A stretch of 64,000 nt of DNA. Source: Methanobacteriota archaeon. Its GTDB lineage: Archaea > Thermoplasmatota > Thermoplasmata > SG8-5 > JAGLSY01. A model generated the notes under the pieces. The model was not told the origin of the DNA. It saw only the letters and a list, made by a program, of their open reading frames with translations, and searched no databases. The stretch spans positions 160,001 to 224,000 of the forward strand of contig JAEHCQ010000002.1 of assembly GCA_020696385.1 (NCBI GenBank). The letters are read 5' to 3'. A program made the position numbers and the translations under genes. This document shows positions 1-9,605 of this stretch, in pieces; the stretch's first letter is position 1, and the number at the start of each line of letters is the position of its first letter.

Positions 1-754
1 TTATTGTGAGGATCAACATGCAATCCACTGTCGATATGCTGGCTAATGCCGTATCTATACCTTCTCCCAGACCAAGAGTTCGCCTTATCAGTTCCAGCCA
101 GTAAGTCACTGGAAGTGTCTTTGCGAGTGTTATTCCCCACCCTGGCAGGATGCTGATCGGGAAGATCACTCCGCAGAACATGTAGAATATGCCAGCAACT
201 CCCTCGTTCATCCCCATGGAATGCTTCGCTGTCAGGAAAGATATTCCTGCCAGCGCTAAGCCAAATGACATGACACATGCTAGACCGATGAACATCACCA
301 CTATGAACAGGAGCCAGTTGACCCCCAGGATGTCGAGCGGAACTCCCAAGAAGAACACTCCGAAGGCCATCGTGATGATGACCGCGAAAGTGGTGACCAG
401 CAGTTTGCTGATAGTCCTCCCCAGCATGTAGACGAAGAAGTTCGATGGCGATATGTACAGGTACTTCAGAGTCCGATAATGTTCCCTATCATCGTGGATC
501 ACCCAGGTGATCCCGAATAAAACTTGGGCGACGAACATGAAGAACGCGTTGCTCACGTACATGTAGTGGAATAGACCGACATCTGTCTGCCCCCCGATTC
601 CCGCGATTATGCTGTACATGACCACCAGGATCAAGGATCCCGCTATGGGCTTGGCTATCGAGTAGATGATGAAAGGGAAAGGATCCGTCCAGTTGCTCTC
701 CAACTGCCAGCCCAGCCAAGTCGACCACTTGAAAACACGACGATTCATGCTCAT
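1..754 (-). CDS. ABC-2 type transporter permease (3' end runs off window)
   Basis: Not in ORF track; minus-strand frame from ATG 754 (ATGA overlap with upstream stop) reads MSMNRRVFKWSTWLGWQLESNWTDPFPFIIYS...DDREHYRTLKYLYISP..., hydrophobic ABC-2 pattern, open to window edge. Confidence 0.85.
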   Translation of the reverse strand, partial: MSMNRRVFKWSTWLGWQLESNWTDPFPFIIYSIAKPIAGSLILVVMYSIIAGIGGQTDVGLFHYMYVSNAFFMFVAQVLFGITWVIHDDREHYRTLKYLYISPSNFFVYMLGRTISKLLVTTFAVIITMAFGVFFLGVPLDILGVNWLLFIVVMFIGLACVMSFGLALAGISFLTAKHSMGMNEGVAGIFYMFCGVIFPISILPGWGITLAKTLPVTYWLELIRRTLGLGEGIDTALASISTVDCMLILTI

Positions 755-1608
755 TGCCATTTGAGGGTCAACCTCCCTTCTTTCTTTGCCAGGTTCTCCA
801 TGTAGTCCAGGCTGAACCTCGCAAGTATGATGAATATCACTGTCAGGATGATCAAGCAAAACAGCTCCACCCACAAAGGAAGGAAACCATCAGCAGGGCC
901 GAAGAAACACTGGCGCATTCCGTCCAGGCCCAGAGTGACTGGGATGATCGAAGCTCCCACGGCCAGCCAGAATCCAGGATCTCCCAGAAGGAATTGGAAT
1001 CCTTTGACCGGGAAGTAGAATCCGGATACCAAATAGATGGGTTCTGTCAGAAGATTGGACATATGCCAGGCTTCCCTGCCCCAGAGCATGTACATCGATG
1101 CGAACATCATGCCCATTCCGTAAAGCGCGGTCATGGTGAATATGAATATGCCGACGAACATCAGAGGTTCTTCCAGTGTCAGTGTGATATTGAAGATATA
1201 GATACCAGCTAGAATTGTGGTGACCGCCCTCACGGTGGATGTGAACATGCCGCCGATGGCCATACCACCGAGTATGGCCATTCGGGATATCGGAGCCACC
1301 ATGTAGAGCTCGAGATTGCCCATCTCTTTTTCCCAATAAAGTTGGGCCGCCATCCCCCACAGGACATTCATCCAGTATGCGGTCATGGCTCCACCTATTA
1401 CGACATAGCCAAGATATTGCGGTGGAGCCTGAAGCGCGGTATAGACATAGATGTAAGCCGCGATGGACAGGATTGGGAAGAAAGTGTCGAAGAACACCCA
1501 GGATGGTTCACGATTGACACCGATGATCCTGGGATACGCTCTGCCGAATGCGGTTCTGAGGTTCATAACTGCCCAGGATGGTTTTTCGTAATTTTCCTCG
1601 AACTTCAT
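751..1608 (-). CDS. ABC-2 type transporter permease
   Basis: 285 aa, about 6 TM segments, 'WEKEMGNLELYMVAPISR' and 'SGFYFP' ABC-2 motifs; operon with ATPase. Confidence 0.9.
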   Translation of the reverse strand: MKFEENYEKPSWAVMNLRTAFGRAYPRIIGVNREPSWVFFDTFFPILSIAAYIYVYTALQAPPQYLGYVVIGGAMTAYWMNVLWGMAAQLYWEKEMGNLELYMVAPISRMAILGGMAIGGMFTSTVRAVTTILAGIYIFNITLTLEEPLMFVGIFIFTMTALYGMGMMFASMYMLWGREAWHMSNLLTEPIYLVSGFYFPVKGFQFLLGDPGFWLAVGASIIPVTLGLDGMRQCFFGPADGFLPLWVELFCLIILTVIFIILARFSLDYMENLAKKEGRLTLKWQ

Positions 1609-1683
1609 TCCGCATCTCCCCCTGTTATTATTCCATAAAAACTAACTGGATAGGTATCTGGTGAGCGAAAGAAGAGCTCGCCA

Positions 1684-2679
1684 CTAACCCTCATGCAACC
1701 CCCTTCCTACAAGGGCGACGAAGACATCCTCCAGGGTGGGCTCGGTCTTTTCAACACTGATTATCTTGGAACCACATTTGGGAACCTCGGCGACGATATC
1801 GGCCACGATGGCCTCATCCTCCAGTATGAATTTCAAGTCTGTAGTCCCGGTTGTCGCATCATGATGGAAAGCGAAATTCCTCACACCTGGAATGGACTCA
1901 AAGGACTTGACATCCGTGATCTGTTTGATCTGTAATTTGAGAGCCGATTCCTTCGATATCAGCTTCTTCAAATTATTGGTAGTATCGCAAGCCAGTACTT
2001 TTCCATTATCGATTATCGCCACCCTGTCGCAAAGCTCCTCGGCCTCCGCCATGTAATGAGTGGTCAGAAGAACAGTTCTCGATGGTTTGTCCTTCATCCA
2101 CTTGTGAATGAAATCACGGATCAGCCGTGAAGCATTGACATCCAGGCCCAAAGTGGGCTCATCCAGGAATATCAGATCGGGGTCGGTGATGAAGCCCCTG
2201 ATCATATTGGCCTTCTGCCTCTGGCCAGTGGATAGGGTCCTGACCTTCGCGTCCTTCTTATCGGACAGGTCCATGATCTCCAGCATATTGTCGATACGCC
2301 TCTTGGCCAGCTTACTCGGCATACCGTAGAACTGGGAGAACATCCATAGATTCTCCCGCACTGTCAAAAGACCGTAGCCAGATGTTTCCCCGCCAGATAC
2401 CATGTTGATCTTCTGTCTTATCTCCTGGCATTCGGTGTTCACATCATGACCCATGACCTTCGCAGTACCTGAAGATGGGAGCAATAATGTGCATAAAATC
2501 TTGATTAGAGTTGTCTTTCCGGCTCCATTCGGACCCAGAAGTCCAAACAATTCGCCTTCTTTGATCTGGATATTAGCATTGTCAAGAGCGTGCACTGTAC
2601 TTTTCTTGCTTTCGCCCTTGACTTGGCGCACTTTGAAATCCCGGCATAGATCCGAGGTCTCGACAGCGTATTTTGTCAT
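1684..2679 (-). CDS. ABC transporter ATP-binding protein (DrrA-like)
   Basis: Walker A GPNGAGKT, signature LSTGQRQ, Walker B IFLDEPT, TTHYM, C-terminal PTLEDVF. Confidence 0.95.
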   Translation of the reverse strand: MTKYAVETSDLCRDFKVRQVKGESKKSTVHALDNANIQIKEGELFGLLGPNGAGKTTLIKILCTLLLPSSGTAKVMGHDVNTECQEIRQKINMVSGGETSGYGLLTVRENLWMFSQFYGMPSKLAKRRIDNMLEIMDLSDKKDAKVRTLSTGQRQKANMIRGFITDPDLIFLDEPTLGLDVNASRLIRDFIHKWMKDKPSRTVLLTTHYMAEAEELCDRVAIIDNGKVLACDTTNNLKKLISKESALKLQIKQITDVKSFESIPGVRNFAFHHDATTGTTDLKFILEDEAIVADIVAEVPKCGSKIISVEKTEPTLEDVFVALVGRGLHEG

Positions 2680-2837
2680 TTTTCATTCCTCTAGCTTCGT
2701 GATACATGAATGGGGGCAAGATGATATCTATAGTTATAAATCTCATCTTATCAATATACCAAAAGTGTTGTTGAGCAATTGATGCTCAGAGTGAGCATAA
2801 ACAGAATTGCATAACGGGGACTAACCCCATTACAGGG

Positions 2838-3029
2838 TTAGGCCTCGTAGTGCTGTCTATAGCGGGTTACGTATCCAGCAATGCGGTTTCTCATCATTAT
2901 GGATTCCACATCTGTAAGTTCGGAGACCATTTTTTTATTGTGTTGAAAGTCTTCGGTGAACTTCTCTGGATACAACTTCACCAGCTCGATGGCAACTCTT
3001 TTGATATATGTTGGCCTTATGTTTCCCAT
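2838..3029 (-). CDS. rps17e: 30S ribosomal protein S17e
   Basis: [11 protein letters not shown]...[10 protein letters not shown]...RNRIAGYVT. Confidence 0.97.
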   Translation of the reverse strand: MGNIRPTYIKRVAIELVKLYPEKFTEDFQHNKKMVSELTDVESIMMRNRIAGYVTRYRQHYEA

Positions 3030-3180
3030 GACTGTACCTCGAAACTGCTGAAGAACTTTTCATACATAAAGCTTTACATGGAATTATCTATAAATCTAAG
3101 CAAAAACAAAAACTATATATTTATTAAGACATATTGTGCAAGGAGGACGGTAGGTTCTTCAATAAGGGGTAGGACAGCGA

Positions 3181-4713
3181 ATGGCTTTATTTAAAAAGAA
3201 GAAGAAAACAGAGAGTTCACATTCAGAAGCAGATGTGAATCTGGGTGATATGGGCGCATTGACAGATGCCGATAAATCCAGTTTTTCAAAGAAAAAAAAG
3301 CCAGATGCAGCCATTTATGAAGAGGTTGCCAAGGTGCAGGAGGAAATGATCGAGACATCGGTCGATGCCTCTTTCACAGAAGAGGAAGAAGTGGTAGAGG
3401 AAGAAGTAGAAGAAGAAGTTACATTATCCCAGCCATCCGAGGAAGAGGATGTTGATATTGATTTTTCAGAGTTGGAAGATGAGATCGTACTGCAGACGGA
3501 CATTGTTGAAGAGGAGAATGGATTCGATATAGACGACATACTGCCTCCAGAACTACTGGTCATCGAAGAGCTCGAGTACATGGAGGAAGAGGAAGAAGAG
3601 GTCGTCGAGGTTGAGGAAGATGATGACGACAAGGGAGCTGATGGGGAGCAGAAATTAGGGTTCATGGCAGCCAGGAAGTTCATGGGCGAGAAAAGGAAAC
3701 AACTGGATGATAGGGAAGAAGAATTAAGCCAGTATGACCAAAAGCAGAAAACCCGTGATCAGCAATTGGATGCCAGAGAAGCTCAATTGGATTCAAAGAA
3801 TATGCAGGTGCAGACCGATCTGCAGATACTTCAGGATAAAGCAGCGGCACTTGACAATAGGGAAGCTCAATTGAATGATCGAGATTCCCTTATGGATCAA
3901 AGAAATAGTGAACTGGAAGTCCAGGAAGAATACATCAAAGAAAGGGAACAGGCCTTTGATGATAGGGAGGTCCAGTTGCATGAGAAGAAAGAGCAGCAGG
4001 ATGCCAGAGAGGAGAAGCTCGCCGATAGGGCAAGTAACCTGACACAGATGGAAGACGATTTCAGGGAGAGGGATACGAAGTTCAAAGAGAATATGTTTGA
4101 ACTTACCAATAGAGAGGAAATTCTCCAAACTGGTGAGCAGGAATTTAGTCAGAAAATGGATGAACTGGATCAAAAGAGGCTGGCCACCCGTCGTAGAGAA
4201 GGAGAGCTGGATGATTTCAGAAGAGAGCTGGATGCCAGAGAAAAAGCATTCGAAGCAAGAGAGATCGATGTCGAAACCAGAGAAGAGGATATCGCCAGAA
4301 AGGATATTGAGATCACCGAGAAGGTGGAGAATGCCAATCGAATGATGAACGAGTCTATCGAGAGAGAAGAAGATCTCAATTCCAAAGAGGTTGGTCTTTC
4401 AGAGAAAGAGAGAGAATTGGCCACCAATCAAGAAAGGATTGATGAATGGAAGAAAAGGCTGGAGGCCAAGGAAGAAGATCTCACATCCAGGAACAATGAG
4501 ATCGAATCCAAGATCGCGAATGTCAGATCCCAAGAGAGGGAGCTGGAAGACCGGAAGGGTCGCATAAAGGCAAAGGTCATGGAGATCAAGGAGTTGGAGA
4601 CCGAAACCATCAGAAGAAAGAAAGATGTCGATAAGGTCGAACTGCTTCTCATAGAAAAAGAGACCGAACTCTTCGAAAAAGAGCAGGGATTGACAAAAAG
4701 AGCCGCGAAATAA
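3181..4713 (+). CDS. Acidic, long coiled-coil protein of unknown function
   Basis: 510 aa; basic N-terminus MALFKKKKK, E/D-rich low-complexity tract, then ~330 aa of heptad-like 'RE..L..' repeats. Confidence 0.85.
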   Translation: MALFKKKKKTESSHSEADVNLGDMGALTDADKSSFSKKKKPDAAIYEEVAKVQEEMIETSVDASFTEEEEVVEEEVEEEVTLSQPSEEEDVDIDFSELEDEIVLQTDIVEEENGFDIDDILPPELLVIEELEYMEEEEEEVVEVEEDDDDKGADGEQKLGFMAARKFMGEKRKQLDDREEELSQYDQKQKTRDQQLDAREAQLDSKNMQVQTDLQILQDKAAALDNREAQLNDRDSLMDQRNSELEVQEEYIKEREQAFDDREVQLHEKKEQQDAREEKLADRASNLTQMEDDFRERDTKFKENMFELTNREEILQTGEQEFSQKMDELDQKRLATRRREGELDDFRRELDAREKAFEAREIDVETREEDIARKDIEITEKVENANRMMNESIEREEDLNSKEVGLSEKERELATNQERIDEWKKRLEAKEEDLTSRNNEIESKIANVRSQERELEDRKGRIKAKVMEIKELETETIRRKKDVDKVELLLIEKETELFEKEQGLTKRAAK

Positions 4714-4902
4714 TAACACTGGCTTCATTACATGACCTCATCAAAAGAGCAAAAAACAATAAATCCAATATTATATATATAAACAATACTTAATCCGGAT
4801 TAATAAGTGGTAAAAAATGATATATATACGTTCCACTTTATATGTGCAAGAGTTCCAAAATGACCACTGGTTATCAGATGGTCAATATTTGGGGGACTGA
4901 AA

Positions 4903-5634
4903 ATGGACGGAGAACAAGACTCAGGGAATAAGGACAAGAGAATACCGACTTACGTCATCAATCTGGATGACATACTTCAAGGCGGCGTGCCAGTAGAGTA
5001 CATCACTCTATTATGTGGTCACGCTGGAACCATGAAATCATCTGTTGGATACAGCATCATCTACAACGGTGCCAAGAACGATGGTCTCAAATCCATATAT
5101 CTGACCCTGGAGCAGGGTAAGCAGAGCATTCTGGAACACATGGAAAGATTAGGAATGCCTTCAGCAGGATTGGACAATCTTGTAGTAGTTGACCTTTCGA
5201 AGGTAAGGAAGGACATCGTCATGGACAAGACAAAGCCACAGAATGTGGACTGGCTCAAATCCATCATTGGTGTTCTGAAGAACTACAAAGAAAGGTTTGG
5301 ATGCGAGGTCCTTGTATTGGACTCTCTCGCAGCTCTTTATGCATTGGCTACCTTCAAGAACCCACGTGGGGAACTATTCCATTTCTTCGAGCAGATAAGA
5401 CAGCTGGGAGTTACAACCTTCCTTATATCCGAGATGCCAACAGACAGAGAGGTCTTTGGTCTTTATGGAATTGAGGATTTCCTTTCAGATGGTATAATAC
5501 ACCTGAAAGTTGAGGAAACAGATCAGGGAGCTAACCTGTATCTGGGTGTTGTGAAGATGAGAAAGACCCACCACTCAAGAAAATATCATCCATTGATATT
5601 CGAGAGCGGTTCCTTCGAAGTCGTCCAGCAGTGA
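4903..5634 (+). CDS. KaiC/RAD55-like RecA-superfamily ATPase
   Basis: Walker A variant GHAGTMKS, 'YLTLEQ', Walker B LVLDS, 'SDGIIHL', 'VVKMRKTHH'. Confidence 0.92.
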   Translation: MDGEQDSGNKDKRIPTYVINLDDILQGGVPVEYITLLCGHAGTMKSSVGYSIIYNGAKNDGLKSIYLTLEQGKQSILEHMERLGMPSAGLDNLVVVDLSKVRKDIVMDKTKPQNVDWLKSIIGVLKNYKERFGCEVLVLDSLAALYALATFKNPRGELFHFFEQIRQLGVTTFLISEMPTDREVFGLYGIEDFLSDGIIHLKVEETDQGANLYLGVVKMRKTHHSRKYHPLIFESGSFEVVQQ

Positions 5635-5670
5635 TCCAGATTGGAGATAATATATCTCAGGTGATACCTA

Positions 5671-7050
5671 ATGGCAAAGAAGAAAGGCGGTAAGAAAAAG
5701 GGTAAGACCTCTTCAAAGAAGAAAGGCGGTAGCTCTTCTTCCAAGAAAAAAGGCAAGTCCTCAAAGCCAAAGAAGCAGGCCGAATCAGTAGTTGAGGAAG
5801 TTATAGAGCAGCCTGTGGAAGAGCCAGTAGAGGATGTCACCGAAGAGATGCAGATTGATGAACCTGAAGAAGAGATTATAGAAGATATTCCTGAACCTGA
5901 AGAAGAGGTTATCGAAGAAGAAGTACAGATCGATGAGGATGTTCCTGAACCAGAGAATGAGGATATCGCTGATGATATGAGCATTGATGAGGATATCAGC
6001 GAGCCGGTCGAAGATGATTCTAAATTAAGTGATGCTGTTTCCGCAGTGATCTCCGACGAAGATAGTGGTGAAAAGAAGGAAGTGAAGAAGAAAAAGACAG
6101 CCACCGAGAAGAAAAGAGAGAAAATGATCATGCAATGGGCCGCGGAAGGCTACAATGTGGAAACTCTGGAAAGCCTACTGGAAAGTGGTGTGAGGAAAGG
6201 AGTGAAGAAAGTGTTCGATCAGTTTGACATTAATGTCAAACGGATCGAAGAGATAAAGGAGGAATTGGGATCCGCTGGCCTTGAGGACGTAGAAGCCAAG
6301 GTGGAAGAATTCAATACCCTTCTCTCAAACCCTAATGACCTTGATAATATCGAATTAGAATTCACCAAACTCAAGTCATCCAAGAGAGTGGCTGAGATAA
6401 AGAAAGAGCTTGATGGCATGGTCCTCGATTCCCTGAAGGATCGCGTTGCAGAGCTTCATGAGATGCTTGAGAACCCTGACAATCTGCCAGAGGTGGAAGA
6501 AAAGCTGGCGGAACTCAAAAAAGATTACAAAGAAGCCTACTTCGAAGATGGAGTCGAATCCCTTGTCACCACGACAGATGAGGATGCGAAACCAAAGGCC
6601 GTGGCAAAGAAGCCTGCACAGAATGGTGCGAAGAAAAAGCCAATGGAAGTAAAGGACATATTCCTCCTTTACAAGGATGGAAAATTCATCTCACATCATA
6701 CAGCCAGGGTCGTTCCAAAGGAAGAGCAGGAGCAATTGTTTGCCGATCTCAAGACAGGAAGGAACTATCTTAAATCACCAAATTACAAACCTCAGAAATT
6801 AAATGTTATTTCAGTGAACGGCAGAAAGATCCTTGTCCAGGGCGGCCAATACACAGTTATCATAATGGTCGTGACTGGAGATGTCAACCCATGGACGGAG
6901 AAGATTGTGAAGAAGGTCCAGGGATTGCTGGAGAAAGAAGATGTCCAGCCATTGACAAAATGGAATGGAGATGTCGCTTCCCTGAAAAGCGCGGGAAAAT
7001 ACATGACCGCTCTTCTTTATGCCTGCATGAAGCTCTCGAACAAGAAATGA
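5671..7050 (+). CDS. Lys-rich/acidic/coiled-coil protein with C-terminal longin/roadblock-like domain
   Basis: 459 aa; K-rich N-terminus, acidic linker, coiled coil, C-terminal 'KDIFLLYKDGKFISH...KILVQGG...WNGD' alpha/beta domain; SD AGGTGA upstream. Confidence 0.75.
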   Translation: MAKKKGGKKKGKTSSKKKGGSSSSKKKGKSSKPKKQAESVVEEVIEQPVEEPVEDVTEEMQIDEPEEEIIEDIPEPEEEVIEEEVQIDEDVPEPENEDIADDMSIDEDISEPVEDDSKLSDAVSAVISDEDSGEKKEVKKKKTATEKKREKMIMQWAAEGYNVETLESLLESGVRKGVKKVFDQFDINVKRIEEIKEELGSAGLEDVEAKVEEFNTLLSNPNDLDNIELEFTKLKSSKRVAEIKKELDGMVLDSLKDRVAELHEMLENPDNLPEVEEKLAELKKDYKEAYFEDGVESLVTTTDEDAKPKAVAKKPAQNGAKKKPMEVKDIFLLYKDGKFISHHTARVVPKEEQEQLFADLKTGRNYLKSPNYKPQKLNVISVNGRKILVQGGQYTVIIMVVTGDVNPWTEKIVKKVQGLLEKEDVQPLTKWNGDVASLKSAGKYMTALLYACMKLSNKK

Positions 7051-7300
7051 TAACTTGATAATAATTCAATAAATGAAGCATAGCTTGAGCTAAATCTCGA
7101 GATTGGACATATTCAATATGGATATCTCTCCAAATCATTGTTAACGATGTATAATCAAATATGCTTCCATTTTCGATATATTTAGATACTATAAAGTTCA
7201 TATATGAATTATACAAAGAGGGAGATATGCGCGCTGTGAACATTGTCCTCAGGCTTTTGGTACTATCAACAGGTATAGACCTTTCTCACTCCAATGATCG

Positions 7301-7606
7301 ATGATAGGTAGCGGCATCTATGAAAAAGGTGATACACTGGACAGCATTGGTTTCATATCAGATATAGAAAAAGAATTTGTGCCCATTGCGCCCATCGTGG
7401 AGTTCGCGATAAATAAGCAGATGCAGGAAGTGGGGGCTAGTAAAGAGTATATGAATCCAAAACAGGCATTGGAGTTCATAGATAATATGGCCGATGCTCT
7501 TGAGATGTTCCTTGGAAAGGATAAAGCAAGGGATTCGAGAAAATTCATGATTAGCACGCTCAGAAAACATGCGCCTGAGCATTTCGAGGAAAGTTCCTTG
7601 ATATAA
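7301..7606 (+). CDS. Small helical protein (possible KaiC-partner family); true start may be CTG at 7337
   Basis: Helical pattern resembling 60936..61184; SD AAGGTGA sits just before the in-frame CTG at 7337. Confidence 0.7.
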   Translation: MIGSGIYEKGDTLDSIGFISDIEKEFVPIAPIVEFAINKQMQEVGASKEYMNPKQALEFIDNMADALEMFLGKDKARDSRKFMISTLRKHAPEHFEESSLI

Positions 7607-7615
7607 GGAGATCGA

Positions 7616-8158
7616 ATGGTAGTTATTGTAGTATCCGGGCTTCCAGGAGCTGGAAAGGAAGAGTTCGTCAGAGTCGCTGTAGATAAGGATTTCTCCATAA
7701 TCAGAATGGGAGATGTAGTTCGTCAACATGCGATGGATCTGGGGCTGAAAATGGGCGATCTGTCCATCGGCGGACATGCCAATTCCGAGAGGGAGAAGCA
7801 CGGCAAGGAAATATGGGCCGTGCGGTCTATGATGGAATTACCAAATGGCAATTTGATCATAGACGGCTGCCGTAGCGAATACGAGCTCGCATATTTCAAA
7901 AAGAATATAGAGAATATGATCACGGTGGGTATCGAAGCATCTGTGGAAACCCGCTTTCACAGACTGGTAGCTAGAAAAAGAGATGATGACCCTACCACGA
8001 TGGAAGACTTCCAAAGACGCGAGGACAGGGAATTGGGATGGGGCATCACGGATGCTGTTAACAATGCCCAGATAAAACTGGGTAATGACGGGAGCCTGGA
8101 AGAATTCAGGCAACTATGCAGGACCACACTGCAGGCAATAGATAGTGGAGGATATTAA
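7616..8158 (+). CDS. P-loop nucleotide kinase, UPF0200/dephospho-CoA kinase-like
   Basis: SGLPGAGKE, MGDVVR, IIDGCRS, RF.RL..R.R.DD, 'DRELGWG', NDGSLEEF. Confidence 0.85.
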   Translation: MVVIVVSGLPGAGKEEFVRVAVDKDFSIIRMGDVVRQHAMDLGLKMGDLSIGGHANSEREKHGKEIWAVRSMMELPNGNLIIDGCRSEYELAYFKKNIENMITVGIEASVETRFHRLVARKRDDDPTTMEDFQRREDRELGWGITDAVNNAQIKLGNDGSLEEFRQLCRTTLQAIDSGGY

Positions 8159-8276
8159 GGGAGTATGATCATATACTGGTCATCACATCCTAGATAATCA
8201 TACAGAAAACATTAAAATGGTTCTGTGCTTGGGCATTGCATCGAACCTCAATATGAGAATAAATGGAGGGAAATAA

Positions 8277-9419
8277 ATGAAAGAGATCAACATTCACGAA
8301 ACGAACGCGAAGGACATCATGAGCAAGAGGCCAGTGACCATCGAATTTCACGAGGAGATATCTGTGGCATTGGGAAAGATGAAGGAGCATGATATCCATG
8401 AACTGCCCGTTACAGACGATGGCAAGATGATAGGACTGGTCAGCTATGACACATTTTTGAAAAGAAGGAATATTCCAATGACCACGAAGGTGGAGAATGT
8501 CATGAGCTTCCCACCAAGACTTAGTCCAGATATTTCCATAATGGATATCGCTGAAGTGATGCTTTCATCCGGATACAGGGCGGTTCCAGTTACCGAGGAT
8601 GAAGTTATCGTGGGCATAGTATCCAGATCAGATCTCATTAGCTCAATACCGGCAATGGAAATACTCAAGGGCATCAAGGTCAAAGAGATAATGACCCATA
8701 ACCCAACTTGTGTCACCGGTAATGACACGATAGACACAGCAAAAAGCCTGATGAACCGCCTCGATGTAAGAGCCTTGCCAGTTATTGACAATGACAGCAA
8801 GATCACCGGAATGGTCGGTCTAAGGGACATGACCGAGTCCGGATGGAGGAAGAAGCAGAAGACTGGCGCTGGTGGCGGCGGAGAGAGCAAGCCATTGAAG
8901 ATCAATATATCCAGTGTGATGAATCAAAACCCAATATGCGTTGACGAGGACCAGACCATCGCAGATGCTGTGGGATTGATGCTGGATAATGGAATATCCA
9001 CCCTCGTGGTATCAAAGCACGATGTTCCAATAGGCGTCGTCGCTCAGTATGATCTGATGGAGCTTATAGCCAGTTTCCAGAAGACCGATGGTGTTTATGT
9101 TCAGATATCGGGTATCGATATGGAAGATTCCGATGCTTATGATCCCATGTACGACATGATACAGAAATCCATGATCAGAACGGGGAAATTGGTCAAGCCA
9201 AAGATGTTCACCATCCATGTCTCCATGCACGGTGATGGACATGACGAGCACTCTGGACATTATCAGTTGAGCGGAAGAATGACCACGGACCACGAGATGT
9301 ACTATGCCCAAGCTACTGATTGGGATCTTCTGAAATGTCTCAGCGACCTCCTCAGCCAGCTTGACCGCATGGTGAGGAAGGACAAGAGCAAGAAGGATTC
9401 CAGACACAAAAAAGGATAG
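8277..9419 (+). CDS. Four-CBS-domain protein with C-terminal HPF/RaiA-like domain (candidate ribosome hibernation factor)
   Basis: Four CBS repeats (LPVTDDGKMIGLV, VPVTEDEVIVGIV, LPVIDNDSKITGMV, LVVSKHDVPIGVV) then a beta-alpha-beta3-alpha tail ending DLLKCLSDLLSQLDRMV. Confidence 0.8.
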   Translation: MKEINIHETNAKDIMSKRPVTIEFHEEISVALGKMKEHDIHELPVTDDGKMIGLVSYDTFLKRRNIPMTTKVENVMSFPPRLSPDISIMDIAEVMLSSGYRAVPVTEDEVIVGIVSRSDLISSIPAMEILKGIKVKEIMTHNPTCVTGNDTIDTAKSLMNRLDVRALPVIDNDSKITGMVGLRDMTESGWRKKQKTGAGGGGESKPLKINISSVMNQNPICVDEDQTIADAVGLMLDNGISTLVVSKHDVPIGVVAQYDLMELIASFQKTDGVYVQISGIDMEDSDAYDPMYDMIQKSMIRTGKLVKPKMFTIHVSMHGDGHDEHSGHYQLSGRMTTDHEMYYAQATDWDLLKCLSDLLSQLDRMVRKDKSKKDSRHKKG

Positions 9420-9510
9420 AACAAACACTCAACTAATAAGGTGAATGTAAACGCGTTAGTTCTTCTAATCGCTAGTGAGATATAAAACAGAGGCGATTAG
9501 AAAGAACATA
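9419..9510. repeat. Dispersed hairpin repeat family A, copy 1
   Basis: TTCTAATCGC...GCGATTAGAA stem; closely similar to 56679..56770 and, reverse-complemented, to 12953..13034. Confidence 0.85.
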
Positions 9511-9528
9511 AATGCTGAAAAACTGAAT

Positions 9529-9575
9529 ACCTGGCCAGCGTCAAAACTGGCCAGGTTCACTTTCCTATTTTTATA
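9529..9575 (+). terminator. GC-rich hairpin plus T-rich tail between convergent genes
   Basis: ACCTGGCCAG (9529-9538) / CTGGCCAGGT (9547-9556) followed by TTTCCTATTTTT. Confidence 0.55.
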
Positions 9576-9605
9576 GAAGATAATTCCACATGAGTTATTA
9601 TTGAA

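Noticed and set aside
3315-6419. Ser/Phe-rich minus-strand ORFs
   Set aside because: Antisense shadows of Glu/Lys-rich coding sequence
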